Source: Eledone cirrhosa
Taxonomy: Eukaryota
DNA length: 64,000 nt
Reading direction: 5' to 3'
Assembly (NCBI GenBank): GCA_964016885.1
Contig: OZ024742.1
Coordinates: 128,340,001-128,404,000 of the forward strand
Position 1 is the stretch's first letter. Each line of letters starts with the position of its first letter. The translations under genes were made by a program, and so were the position numbers. The notes under the pieces are model-generated. The model ran no database searches and was not told where the DNA came from. It saw only the letters and a program-made list of their open reading frames with translations. Of this stretch, positions 27,618 through 41,634 are shown in pieces.

Positions 27618-28800
27618 ATGGCCATGCTCAGTGTGTAGGAAAGGCGTAGGTAGAAACTCCATTTTATGTCCCAAATGCAAAGTATGGGTGCATAAAAGAT
27701 GTAGTGGGATCACAGGTAAGCTAACTAAGAACATAGATTTTACATGTGGCCGGTGCTCTGGTGCAATAAGTAGCAGCAAGTGCCCACAAAATACTAGCTC
27801 TTTCAATTGTGCAGAGGGTTCTATAGAAATAGTGGACACCTTCCGTTACCTGGGTGACAAAATCAGCAGTGGGGGAGGGTGCTCTGAAAGTACAGTAGCT
27901 AGAGTCAGAACTGGATGGAAAAAGTTCAGAGAGCTTATATCACTATTAGCCGCTAAAGGGTTCTCCCTAAAAATGAAAGGCAGGTTGTATGATGCCTGCA
28001 TACGAACAGCAATGTTGCATGGCAGTGAGACCTGGGCATTGTGTGCAGAGGATATATGCAGACTAGAGAGGAACGAAGCTTGCATGCTCCGCTGGATGTG
28101 TAATAGTAATATACGTGAACGGCAAAGCATAAACGAACTAAGGGAAAAATTAGAAATAAGAGGGATCAGATGTTGTTTACTTGAGAGAAGGCTACGTTGG
28201 TATGGTCACGTGATGCGCATGAAAGACGACAGCTGTATAAAAAAGTGCAGGGCAATAAAGATAGACGGTAGCCACGGAGTAGGCAGACCCAGAAAAACCT
28301 GGGACGACCTGATAAATTCCGACCTCACACACTTACACCTCTCCAAGACAATGTCACTGGACCGAGATCTTTGGCGGTACTCAGTAATAGAGAAGACCCG
28401 CCTTGCCTAAATACAAAGTAAACCTACTACAGTCAGTAGGCATCTCTAACAAAATACGCCCCCGTCACACCACCCCCACCCTATTCACACCGCCCCTTTC
28501 AATGTAAAGTTACGTTGGTGCCACAACATCCAGGCCGAAACAAATGAGATCGTGTACGACAAAAAAACACACAGTCCACGCTGTAATGTGGCCGTGTAGG
28601 CAACACGGTAAAAACCTCCCAGTCCCACACTGTAAATGTGGTTGGTGTTAGGAAGGGCATCCAGTTGTAGAAAACCCGTCAGACAGTCCTATACGAGCAA
28701 GACAACCACTCTTGCCTCAAGTGGGAAAACTCCCGTCCAAACCCATGCAAGCGTGGAACATGGACGTTAAACGATGATGATGATGATGATGATGATGATG
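27618..28800 (+). mobile_element. 5'-truncated RTE LINE (second subfamily) with long 3' UTR
   Basis: CxxC linker, FRYLGD, LHGSETW, LRWYGHVMRM; (ATG)n tail. Confidence 0.92.
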
Positions 28801-28969
28801 TAATATGTATGATGCCGATGTAACTCGGGAAGCAACTACTGTCAAAAAAGGTACTCAATACGTTAGTAGAGTATTGATATATTCATTTTATTATAGAATG
28901 ACTATTACAGGACTAGAACTGGTTCATTTGTAAGAAATCATCAGGAAATTCCGAATATATATATATATA

Positions 28970-29002
<33 letters not shown>

Positions 29003-29004
<2 letters not shown>

Positions 29005-29255
29005 TCATCATCATCATTTTACGTCCGCTTTTCTCTGCTTGCAAGGGTTGGACGGGTCCTATTCAGCACAGCATCTCTCCACTTGTCACGGTCCTTTGTC
29101 ATCTCCTCGGTGAGTTTCAGCGATCTGAGGTCTGCTCTCACCACCTCCGCCCATGTTTTCGTAGTCTACCTCTACTGCGTCTTCCTTCTACTGGGATTTC
29201 TTGGCACTTCTTTACCCAGCGGTCATCCTCCATGCGCATCACATGTCCATACCAT
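29003..29255 (-). mobile_element. RTE LINE 3' stub
   Basis: Matches 4990-5235. Confidence 0.9.
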
Positions 29256-30899
29256 CTATATATGTGTGTGCGTGTGTGTATGGGTCTATAAATTACACGA
29301 ATCATTATTTATAGAAGATATCCCCCCCCCCCCCATTTTATTGAAAAGGTGAAAAAGTTAAGACAAACTATAATAATGCAATATTTAATAAAACATGCTG
29401 ATGAAAGCTATGGAAAATATTAATCAGCTTAAAATGCTTATTAGGTTGTCTTTGTAACAGGCTCATTCTTTTGAAGTAGCATTAGTTTGAAGACAATGGT
29501 AAATACTGTCACTTAATTAGTTTTGCAAATTGTAAATTGAATGCAGTTATTAGATCTTTGTTAAATGTTTATTATATCACCAAAACCCTCCCCCAATGTT
29601 CTTTCCTTGGCATTAATTGTCTATTTATTGTATGTAGTAAATGAGCTGAGTCATTAGTCGATAAGATTAAATAGTGCCTCAATATTTGTTCTGACACAAG
29701 ATGAATTTGGTAGTCATTAGAATGTTGGATAGAGTGCTTTGCAGTATTCGTCCTTATCTAGCAAACCTTAAATCAAAGGCATTCCAGTTGTGATTATCTA
29801 AATTTTTTTTTTTTATCTAAGACTATATTATTCAATGTGTCCTTATTTAAAACATTGGGGTGGGATGAGGGAGATTTGGCTGCTACTTCTAGCAGGTAGA
29901 ACAACCATGTAACGACTCTTTTGTTGGCTTATTTGAACATTCCTATATTGTGGAAGGTGGCGAATTAATGCTGGATAGAGTGCTTTGCACTATTTGTTCT
30001 GGTTCTCTGCTATCTCAGTTCAAATCCAGTGATTTCAACTTTGTCTTTCATTCTTTCAAGGTCGATAAACAAAAGTACCAGTTTTGTATCGGGGTTGATT
30101 CTTCCTCTATACCCCCTTCTCATTTCCTTTTTCTCACTTTCTATCCTTCTCTGGAAGAAATCTGCTGTATTCAGACCTGGAGATGGATGGACTCCACCAG
30201 GTTTAAAAAGTCCAAGAAATGCTGCATGTCAATATGACGCAACTACAATTCCTTTGTGAATTATAGAACTATATCATACCATACTAAAATAAAATACCAG
30301 CTCAGTACTTGGGCCAATACTCCCCCTCTTTCCCACCTCTCTCACTTTCTTTCTTTGCTAAATTTAAAATGCCTAAGATGGCTTCCCAAAACGGTACCCT
30401 TATGTTATGTGTTGTAAGCAATGAAACCAAAATGTCAAGAAATCTAATATCCAAATGCTTCATAATGGTTGTTGTTGTTCTTTAGCCTGAAGTGAATGAT
30501 TGATCCTCCATTAATTTCAACAATGGGTATCCAGTTGTTCAATCGTCTGAACATCTACCATGTCAATTAATGTATGAGTGGTTGAGTATTCCAGAGATGT
30601 GTACCGTTAACATATTTTCCAAGTGCCCAATCAATGTGACACAATATATGATAAAATGCCCCCTTGAAATATAGTTACATTCCATTTAACGGGCTTCCAT
30701 GTAGTTTCTGTCTACCCAGCTAGCAAGGCTAGGGTCAATCCGAAACTATGGTAAAAAAATGTTTCCATGATGCCTCACAACAAGACCAAATTTGATGGAG
30801 TCCATTCCTTTCCATTCTACTGACCCTGGAAAGATGAAATACATTTGAACTCAGAACATGAAATATAACTAAATTTTGCAAAGAATTTACTCAACTATC

Positions 30900-31370
30900 T
30901 ATTTTAGTAAAGCTGAAAAAGGAGGTAGATGTAAAAGCCAAACTTTCTATCTTCAATTGTTCATGCCTACCCTTAACTATGATCATAAATCTTGGGTTAT
31001 AACAGAAAGAATATGATCGCAAATACTAGTGGCAAAAATGGGGTTCCTTTGAAGGGACTTTGCAGTAACATTACTCAAAAGGGTGAACCATTAATTCTCT
31101 ACATTGAGAAATCACAGCTCCACTATTACAGACATGTAGTTAGAATGCCTAAAGAAACAAATCCAGTGGACAGATTTTACAGGCAAAGCCAATCAGCAGG
31201 AGACCCAGAGGTAAACCACAAGCAAGATGGTTGGTTAACATGCATGAGCTCAGTTGGTCTCGCTTGGGGATCCAGCTAGATCAATTGGAGAAAATGTTTT
31301 CTGATAGGACTCTCAGAAGGCATGTCTGAGGACTCTGCTCCCATGACCCTTCAATAAATAGGTGGGTGAA
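30900..31370 (+). mobile_element. Highly degraded RTE-like 3' fragment
   Basis: IEKSQLHYYRHVVRM resembles the IE..QLRWxGHVxRM motif. Confidence 0.5.
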
Positions 31371-31819
31371 AAAGAAGAAGAAGAACAAAATGAAAAGCAA
31401 AAATGATTCCTGAATGTAGAAGCACTTCAATAATAACAATCATAATTTTCAACATGGCATGGAATCATCACTAGGATATAGGAAGAGGAATATAGATAGT
31501 TGACTAAATCTATCATAGTATATCACTAATATGTAGTTTATCCTCATTCTTCAATGGGATCCCAGGAAATAAAGGGATGTAATCCATTATTACAAAGCAT
31601 TCGTCCTTCATTATTGCTTTTGGTATTGGAAACAAGATGTCACAACATCAAAACTTTCTCAGAGAATATTTAATGGTGTGTGGGTAGAGAGGTGAACCAA
31701 AATTCTTTGGAGTACAAAACCTGAAACTGGAAGGGGTGGGAGGGACAAATTAATATTTAATTAAATCTTTCATGACTACATTTTAAATGAAATAAATACA
31801 CTGTATATGAATTAATTAA

Positions 31820-32005
31820 TTGTTTCTACTTTAGGCACAAGGCCAGCAATTACCCAGTGCATTACTGGTACTTTATTTTATCGACCCCGTAAGGATGAAA
31901 GGCAAAGTCAACCTCGGCGGGATTTGAACTCAGATCGTAAAGGGACGTAACTATGCTGGAAAGCATGGCGTCCGACGCTTCACCGATACTGCCAATCCAC
32001 CGCCC
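31820..32005 (-). mobile_element. SINE family 2, full length
   Basis: Near-identical to 56608-56792. Confidence 0.9.
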
Positions 32006-32389
32006 TGGAGGATTTTACTGAAATTATTAATTATTCCATTAAGAGCTGTTTAAACAGAACGGTTGCCGGCCCAGCAAATATTACTAATTAGTACTGGTGC
32101 TCTGAAATAGCGATGTATATATGAATGTATGTATAGTATATTTGATAATATACTGTTTGTTTATTTCAAAGCATTTTGTAGACCATCCACTGTTTAAACA
32201 GCTCTTAAACATAACTGGAATTCTATAAGACTCCAGAAGCAAAGGGGTATGTAGTCTTGACAACCGCTTATGGGCAAGAAACGGGACCACTAATTACTTC
32301 CCTTCGCTATTGCCGAGACTAGGTATGTGACGTAGTAACTACTTTAAAATTCATAGCGAATGGTCTTCAAAATGTTTTAAAATAAACAT

Positions 32390-33822
32390 ACAAGCCATGT
32401 ATAAGGGAGCAGTCAGCAAAGTTAGGATTAGCAATGAGTATAGCGAGGAATTTAGCGTACAGGTTGGTGTCCACCAGGGCTCTGTTCTTAGCCTTCTCCT
32501 GTTCATCATAGTCCTGCAGGCAATAACGGAGGAGTTTAAGACCGGATACCCATGGGAACTCCTGTATGCTGATGACCACGCACTTATAGCTGAATCTATG
32601 GTAGAACTAGAGAAGAAATTCCAAACTTGGAAGCAGGGACTAGAAAGAAAGGGTCTGAAAGACAACATGGCAAAGACTAAGGTCCTTGTAAGTAGACGAG
32701 AAAACAGAACCCAGATCCCCTCAGGGAAATGGCCTTGCTCAGTATGTAGGAAAGGTGTAGGTAGGAACTCCATTCTCTGCCCCAAAAGCAAACAATGGGT
32801 ACACAAGAGATGTAGCGGGATCTCAGGAAGCTTAATTAAGAATGTAGGCTTCACATGCAGCAGCTGTACTGGGACAGCAAGCAGCAAACAGCCACAGGAA
32901 ACAAGTACCACCAATCTCTGGGAGGGTTCTGTAGAGACAGTAGACAGCTTCTGCTACCTAGGTGACCGAATTAGCAGCGGAGGTGGGTGTTCAGAAAGTA
33001 CAATAACTAGGGTAAGAACGGGATGGAAGAAGTTCAGGGTACTACTGCCACTGCTAGCTGCAAAAGGCTTCTCCCTCAAAATGAAAGGCAGACTGTATGA
33101 TGCGTGTATCCGAACAGCAATGTTACATGGTAGTGAGACCTGGGCACTGAAGGTGGAAGACTTACGTAGATTAGAGAGAAACGAAGCCTGCATGCTCCTA
33201 TGGATGTGTAATAGTAATATACGCGACCGACAAAGCATAAATGAATTGAGAGAGAGACTGAGCATAAGAGGAATCAAATGCTGTGTGCAGGAGAGGCGGT
33301 TGCGTTGGTATGGACATGTGATGCGTATGAAGGATGACAGCTGCATAAAAAGGTGCACTCGAAGTCGATGGAAACCACGGAGTGGGGAGACCCAAGATGA
33401 CCTGGGATGAGGTGATAAAAGCCGACCTTACCCAATTACACCTCAAAGGCGATGACACATGACCGTGACCTCTGGCGTCACGCAGTAATACAGAGTACCC
33501 GACCTCCCATGGGTACAAGCTGAAGCATATAGACAATATGCCCCCACATCCTCCCACTGCAAGGTGGTCGTGGAGGTGCCACGGCAAAAAAGCACCCAGC
33601 CCACACTGTAAAGTGGACGTGTAGGCGCCACGAAAAAGCACCCAGTACTCACTGTAAATGAGGTTGGTGTTAGGAAGGGCATCCAGTTGTAGAAATCAAG
33701 CCAAATCAGTTCCTGTATGAGCAAGGCATGGCTAGCCGACCAGAAACTGCCCACAACAGGACAACCCGTCTAACCCATGCTAGCGTGGAAGAACGGACGT
33801 AAAACGGTGATGATGATGATGA
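32390..33822 (+). mobile_element. 5'-truncated RTE LINE
   Basis: QGSVLS, LLYADD, LHGSETW; its 3' UTR equals the SINE family 1 body and tail. Confidence 0.93.
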
Positions 33823-33859
33823 CAGTATATTATCAAATATACTATACGTACATTCATAT

Positions 33860-34256
33860 CATCATCATCATCATCATCATCATCATTTTACGTCCGCTTT
33901 TCCCTGCTTGCAAGGGTGAGACGGGAACTGAGTCTGGCCTGATTTCTACAGCTGGATGCCCTTCCTAACACCAACCTCATTTACAGTGAATGCTGGAGGC
34001 TTTTTTTCTGTGGCGCCTACACGTCCACTTTACAGTGTGAGCTGATGGCTTTTTTGCCGTGGCACCTCTACGACCACTTTGCAGTGGAGTGATAGGGACC
34101 CCAGTCCTATCATCTCATTTCTACAGCTGAGTAAACTGGATCAATGTGAAATAAAGTGTCTTGCTCTAGGAAACAACGCATCACCCGGTCTGAGAATTGA
34201 ACTTACAACCTTTCGATTGCAAGGCCAATGCTCTAACCACTAAGCCATGTGCCTCC
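33860..34256 (-). mobile_element. SINE family 1, full length
   Basis: Head ggaggcacatggcttagtggttagagc (A-box), B-box, RTE tail. Confidence 0.9.
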
Positions 34257-34274
34257 ATATATACATACATACAT

Positions 34275-34603
34275 GGTGGCTGCCAACTCGTTTTCGAGTA
34301 CGGCCACTACTTTATATCCATGTAGGAGAACCCCTACCGATGAGCTGAACGAATGTGACTTTTTAGTCCAGCCAGCGACTTGAAAACTCTGGTACAAACA
34401 CTACACTTGTGACAATTATTGACACATAGTGCTGGGCCCATGGTACCATGTGACGACAAGTGCAGAGAGATCTCCAGATATAAAGCAATGCCTGTGCCGT
34501 GAAGCTTTTATAGTGAGCAAAGGCACTGCACAAAGCCAGTCCCACTCTCTTAACCAAGATGATATTTACCAAAAAGAAGAACAAGTCAACATCATTGGAT
34601 ACC
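34275..34603 (-). mobile_element. RTE-related 3' module with (ATGT)n tail
   Basis: Inverse near-identical copy of 18306-18640. Confidence 0.8.
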
Positions 34604-34683
34604 ATAATACATACATACATACCTACATACATACATACATACATACATACATACATACATACATACATACATACATACATACA

Positions 34684-34793
34684 TGATGGCTGCCCCCTCG
34701 TTATCGAGTATGGCCATTGCACGAGAAAAACAAATATTAATAACAATAATAATAATAACAAGAATAATAATAACGACAACAACAATAATAATA

Positions 34794-34826
<33 letters not shown>

Positions 34827-37820
34827 AACACATCTATATACACACACACACACGATAGCAACTAACAGCGCTGCGATCGAATGTGGCTTTTTAGCCCAGC
34901 CAATGATCTAAAATGTCTTGCACAGAGTCGGCAACCAAAACATTTACTGGGAATAGCCGGCTGTGGTTGGAGTTCATGTACTTTTGCATGTCGCTTGAGC
35001 CCTCCTGCTGATTTACATTCTCTACCACATGCTTGGCAAGCATGATGAGTAGCATCTCCAACAGCAGCCTGGTAGTCAACCACCGGTCTTACTTTATGAC
35101 TGCGAAGATGACTTTCGAGTCCAGCTTTGCTTAGGCAGAGTCTCGCACAGACGCTGCATGTCAGCACCATAGGAGGACCCTCGCCGTCTGGAAGTGCAAC
35201 AGCAATGCCCTACCTCACATCCCGCTTTACTTTCTCGTATGCGATTCGAGATGCCTCAAAGGCAACTTTTCCCTCATATACAGTCTTTCTCCATTTATTA
35301 CGATCAGCAGCAATATTTTCCCATGTATCAGCAGAGATGTTAGCGTCTTTCAAAGAGGCTTTCAAGGAATCCTTATACCTCTTTTTTGGTTTATGTGGCG
35401 GTCGTTTTCCTTTAACTAACTCTCCATAAAAGAGTTGTTTTGGTATTCTAGAATCCTTCATCTGGCAAGGTGACCACTCCAACGGAGTCGTTGCTTAAGC
35501 ACAAGAGCTTCTATACTGTCACACATAGAGCTTTCCAAAATCTCGACATCACTGATGTGGTCCCTCCAGTGAACGCCATGGATCCGTCTGAGACACATCT
35601 GATGGAAACGCTCCAATTGCTTAAAGGGGGTCGATATGTGACCCAGGTCTCGCAGGCACAAAGAAGAGAAGAGAGTACAGATGCCTTGTACACCTTTACT
35701 TTTGTCTTCTTGCATATGTCTCGCCGACCACAGAGTCGCCTTTCTAGCTTTCCGAAAGCATCACTTGATTTCACTATCAAGGTTGCTGTATCGATTGACA
35801 GTGCTTCCCAGGTAGACAAACTGATCAACCACCCCAAGTCGTTTACCATACACATAGATATTTGGTTCACTGTACTGCTTACCAGGGGCAGGTTGGTACA
35901 TGACGACGGTTTTCTTGAGACTGACAGTCAAGCCTAGGGCGATGTAAGCGTCAGAAAATGCATTCAAAATGTGCTGCATATCACTCTCTGCGTGCGTTAC
36001 AAGATCGCAATCATCTGCATACAAGAGGTCGCTTATGATTGATGTAAATACATTTGTCTTTGCAGCAAAGCGCCTGATGTTAAATATGCTGCCTGAGATT
36101 CGATATCGGATGTAAACACCATGCTCGCAATTCCTGAATGCAATACAGCAAACCATTGCAAAGTATATGGCAAACAGGGTCGGTGCTGGAATATCCCCCT
36201 GTTTCACTCCATATTTTACTGAGATAGGCTCCGACATGTTACCCCCGACATTAACCCAAGCCTTCATGTCGTCATGGAAAGACCTAACTAAAGCAAGGAA
36301 ATTATCAGGGAAACCAAGTTTCTGGAGAACCTTCCATAATGCATTTCTGTTAACAGTATCGAAAGCTTTTGACAGATCGACAAAAACATGATACAGATCC
36401 AAACCTTGTTCCATGCACTTCTCCTGGAGCTGTCTAGCCGAGAAGATCATATCAGTAGTGCCGCGTCCAGCACGAAAACCAGATTGACTTTCAGGAAGAA
36501 CACAATCTGCAATGTGTGTCAGCAGACGGTCCAGAAGCACCCTACATAAAACGTTCCCTACGACAGAAAGCAATGATATACCTCTGTAGTTCCCACAATC
36601 ATTCCTGTTACCCTTTCCCCTGTACAAGACCACCATTACTGCATCTCTCCAGTTCTCAGGTACGGATTCATTAGCCCTTATCCTGCCAAACAAAGAGTGA
36701 AGATATTGCAGGAGTCTCTCACCACCATATTGTAGGAGCTCAGCATGTATGCCATCCATACCTGGAGACCTTCCACTGTTCAGCTTTGAGATAGCCACTG
36801 CAACCTCCACAAGCGTCGGAGGTTGTGCGAGAGCTACTTTCACATGACTTTCTGGAATGAGACTGAGGAAATCTTCATTGACGACAGACGGCTGATTCAA
36901 AAGATCATTAAAGTGCTCTCGCTACCTTCGTAGAATTCCTTGTGAGTCACGAAGAAGTTCTTTGCCATCCTTGCTGCGAAGCGGTGTCACCAGAGAAGAA
37001 GACGGTCCATAAACTTCACGCAAGAGACTGTACAACAGCTTTGTGTTATTGGAATCTGACGCAGTTTGTATCTCATCAGCCTTCTCACTCCACCACTGAT
37101 CCTTCATCTGAGAAAGACTCCGCCTAACACGTGATGTTACATCCCTGAGTTCCTCATGCAACGTATTCCTCTCCTGTGGTTTTGCCGTCAAGTAGCGTGA
37201 CAGAGCACGCCTCTTATCAGCAACAAGTCTTCTATATGTACATCATTCTCATTAAACCAGTCCTGATGTTTTCTCTGCACCAATCCCAGAACACGCCTGC
37301 TTACATCATAAACCGACTTTTTAAGGGTCGGCCAATCCTCACCAAGATCTGCAACCTGCATCTCTTCTTGCAATGTCCTCTTCACATATTTATCCTTAAG
37401 ACGAGCAGCATTCAATCTTTTGGGCAGGGCAACACCAGGAGCCCGGATTTTACGTTTAGTGATTAGTTTCACTTTTGCGCGTACCAGGCGGTGGTCCGTC
37501 CAGCACTCAGCTCCACGAAGAGCACGAACACACTGCACATCCTGTCTGTCACGCATCCTGACTAGGATGTTGTCCAAAAGATGCCATTCCTTAGATGCAG
37601 GATGCATCCATGTGGTCTTGAATTTGTTCTTTTGTTGGAGCATGGTGTTGGTAAACACACAGATCCAGCTCCTCACACATCTGCAGCAGGAGCACCATTG
37701 TTGTTACACTTTCCCACCCCATGCCTTCCGATTACATTACATTTGTTAAAATCCCTACCCACTCTAGCATTAAAGTCACCAAGCACGATGACTTTGTCTG
37801 CCTGAGGGATATTTCTTAAA
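34684..37820 (-). mobile_element. RTE-BovB-like LINE with C-terminal C2H2 fingers, disrupted
   Basis: LGDFNARVG, WMHPASKEWHLLD, FVDLSKAFDTV, LYADD, RIPKQLFYGEL, three zinc fingers. Confidence 0.92.
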
Positions 37821-37860
37821 AATACATACATACATACATACATACATACATACATACATA

Positions 37861-39195
37861 GACGATAGACGAAATCCGAGCAGTTGATGTTGGAACTCGA
37901 AAAATACTGAACAACACCGGAAACTTCCACATCAACAGTGACATAGACCGCCTTTACTTGAAACGTAGGCAGGGAGGCAGAGGCCTAACATCAGTCCAGA
38001 CAACATTTGAATGTCGCATCATATCTCTCCGACAACATCTGCGATTTGGGAAGGAACTCCTTGAGAGATATTCCCTGTTTGATAATCAAAAACTCACACC
38101 CAGGGATGTCGCTCAGCAGTATCGCAGTGAATCCATGGATGAAAAACTGCATGCCTATCAGCAAAAAATCATGCATGGATATGTTGCCAGGAAGCTCCAG
38201 AGTGAGAATAATATAGATAAGGAAAGTAGTCTATCTTGGACCAACAACCGCTATATTGGCTCCCACTTTGAAGGATACGCTTTTGCAATCCAAGAACAGG
38301 AGATTAGCACGAAATACCTGATTCACAAAAGAGATAGGGATGCAGGCAAAACACCTAGATGTGATAACAAGTGCAGACTCTGCAGAACTAACATCGAGGA
38401 TATCACCCATGTCATCAGCAGCTTCCCAAAGATGTCATCGCGGTACTATCTACCTATGAGGCATGATGTAGTGGCCAAAACACTGTACAATGCAGTTCGT
38501 AAAAAAGATAGCCTCGATGATAAACACATTAAAAGCTACAACAATGTGGAAGACATCCATGTACATAATATGAAAGAGTACTGGTGGAATGTTCCAGTAA
38601 AAACCCCAATAAAATGCAGGCATAACAGACCAGATATTATGATATGGGACAGGGAGAAGAAAACATGCACAGTAGCGGAAATTAGCTGCCCAGCAGATGC
38701 CAATATAATATCAAAGATTAGTGAAAAGGAGAATATTTATGCAGAACTGATGAGAAATCTGCAGATACTCCACCCTGATTACATCTTCAGATTTATGCCT
38801 GTGATTATTGGGGCACTGGGATATGTTAGTAACTGCCTCAATACAAATCTTGAGAAGCTAGGCTTCACAGGAACAGAAAGAACACAACTAGTTAGGAAAT
38901 TACAAGTACAATCCATTAATGGAACAGTAAAAATATGTAAAACATTACAAAAATTTTGCATCTAATAACTGCATATACACATGTACAGATACAAAGCATA
39001 TACACATGCACACATACAACTCAAAACATCCACATCCACACATACAATAACATCCATATCTACACATGCATGCATGCAGACATACATACATATCTACCTA
39101 GTTGATGTGTAAATTCCAATGAGAGAGTCTTGTGTCTATGTTAGAAACCGACTCTCTCTCTATTGGTAAAACTTTGTGAAATTATAAAACCAGAA
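37861..39195 (+). mobile_element. RLE-type (R4/NeSL/HERO-like) non-LTR element, 3' third
   Basis: DRLYLKRRQGGRGL, IQEQ, CRLC..H, RHD, NRPD, K..Y; flanked by (TACA)n on both sides. Confidence 0.88.
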
Positions 39196-39217
39196 GAACA
39201 TACATACATACATACAT

Positions 39218-39310
<93 letters not shown>

Positions 39311-39479
39311 CATATATATGTGTAGGTATGTATATTTCCTCTGATAGTTTGTAAAATTTTTACATAGATCTATATGATATACATACCAACACACACATAT
39401 ATATCCTAGAAACGATCGTAAATGATGAATTTTTTAATATAACGAACTGTTTCTTTGTTTTTATTCATTCTTTTTATTA

Positions 39480-39529
<50 letters not shown>

Positions 39530-39665
39530 AAGAGTTAAACAAAATTCAATGAGTATATCAAAGAATGAGTTTTACACTAGATTGGAAGCACTCTACGAGA
39601 AATAATTATCCGGAGTTATTAATATTAGAATATAAATATTAATAAAATAGATGTTCTTTTGATCA

Positions 39666-39728
39666 ATTACATTTTATTATACATATTTCGGATATACAAC
39701 AGTACCTCCTCATCAGACAAAATATAAT
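39666..39728 (-). ncRNA. Minimal type I hammerhead ribozyme (Penelope pLTR type)
   Basis: 12-bp stem I attatattttgt/ataaaatgtaat, CTGATGA, stem II gga..tcc, GAAA, quasi-palindromic stem III ATATGTAT, AUA site. Confidence 0.8.
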
Positions 39729-40634
39729 GATACATGACATACCCTGAGATGTTAAATGGTTAAGATTTAATCAAGGTAGTGAATAACCTAAGAGAAAATT
39801 TAACATGTATACCCTAATAATGAGAAAATGCGAAAACGTAATAAATTCAATAGAGAATGTGTGAGTAAGAAAAACGTTGCTTAATGTACCAGTTATCGAG
39901 ATTTTAATATGGATGATACTCAATTTATCTAGGAAAGCATTTCATGAATTATAACAGTCAGTGAGAGAGGGGGGTGGGGGAGATGAGCGGGGTAATATAT
40001 GCAGAAGGAGATTTTTTCCCCGAAAGTTAAACGGTTAAGTTTGAAAATATTTAATTTATGTTATCTTAGGGTGAAGAATCAATATTTTAGTTTTTCTTTT
40101 TTAAATTGGTGGTTATTTATATATTAATTTTGTAAATCTTATAAGTGTGTTAACATTTCTAAGCTTCTGAATTGTTTGATGATAAGCTTTAAAGGGTTTA
40201 GCTGGCCATTATTAAGGAAAGTTTACACTGTTGAATATTTTCCTAAATGTAATCTTTAATGAAGTTAGTCATTGTCAACGTATTAGGTATATAAAGCTTT
40301 TGAAGTACTTGTTGTTATACAAATTTAAATAACGGTTATGTATATAGATATATATTAATTAATGAGCCAGTATATTTTAGGTAAATAATAATGAAAATAA
40401 AATAAAAATAAAATAATAGATTAAGGCATGTTAAAACTAAATGTATACCCATATATAACCGTGTGTACATGTATTAATTATTCCTAGCTCAAAGTAAAAA
40501 CAATCAAAAAATTTAGAAGTTAACTGAAAATTATGTATAGAAAGATACAGGGAGTTATATATGGATATATCTCATATTATGTATTAGTGATACAGTATAC
40601 TTTAGGTAAATGATAATGGTTATAATTTTATATA

Positions 40635-40893
40635 ATAAAGGTCATTAAAAGAGAAGAATTTAAAATACTCCATTCTTTGGGCAAAACTTCGGAACTGTGG
40701 AGTTCACCACAACTCTAGTATATCAAATAACTGCACACTCTGTACAATGGAGACCCTGTTGATTATTAATAACTACGAGACCCTAATTAACAAAAAAAGT
40801 GAATTATTCTCTAGTTGCCTCCATAAAGCTACATCCACATTCTTAGCCTCCCACAAAACGAGAAAAAAAGAGAGAGAAACATTAAACCATTAA
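40635..40893 (+). mobile_element. Penelope GIY-YIG endonuclease C-terminal fragment (not in ORF track)
   Basis: LKEKNLKYSILW...CTLCTMETLLII...LINKKSELFSSCLHK. Confidence 0.8.
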
Positions 40894-41348
40894 AAACTTG
40901 GTTGTCAGACGTATAAAATCAACAGGGAAAAACTTTAGTGGCCTTTAATATTGCATTATCTTATAACTATCTATAGAAGAAATAACGCTCGAATGAAAGA
41001 CACTTGTTCAATAACATGCCGGAACATTGATACACATAACATTATTCTGTTAACTTTGATCCATACCATTATTTCTTTATTTCTCTATCCTTATCTTCCT
41101 ACTTAAGTTTTAAATCTGAGTTTTATATCCAACCCTTGCATCTTTACTGAACTTATTTATAACTGAAAATTTTTCATGCATTTCTGATCTCTTATTTATA
41201 ATATGTTTGTAATTATATTTTCTATGTTTTTAAATATACCTACCGCATTCTTATATCCATGATTCAAATATAGAGCAAATATCCAAATTACAAATTATTA
41301 TAAACATTATTTTGAACTATGAATTATCCATGCATTTATTATTGTTTT

Positions 41349-41397
<49 letters not shown>

Positions 41398-41634
41398 TTT
41401 AACTTTAACACGTAGAACTTTATTATATAAAATTATAACCGTTATCATTTACCTAAAGTATACTGTATCACTAATACCTAATATAAGATATATCCATATA
41501 TAACTCCCAGTATCTTTCTATATATAATTTTCAGTTAACTTCTAAATTTTTTGATTGTTTTTACTTTGAGCTAGGAATAATTAATACATGTACACACCGT
41601 TATATATGGGTACATATTTAGTTTTAACATGCCT

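Noticed and set aside
29395-29430. CTGATGA...GAAA hammerhead
   Set aside because: No stem II or stem I pairing; likely chance or fully decayed.
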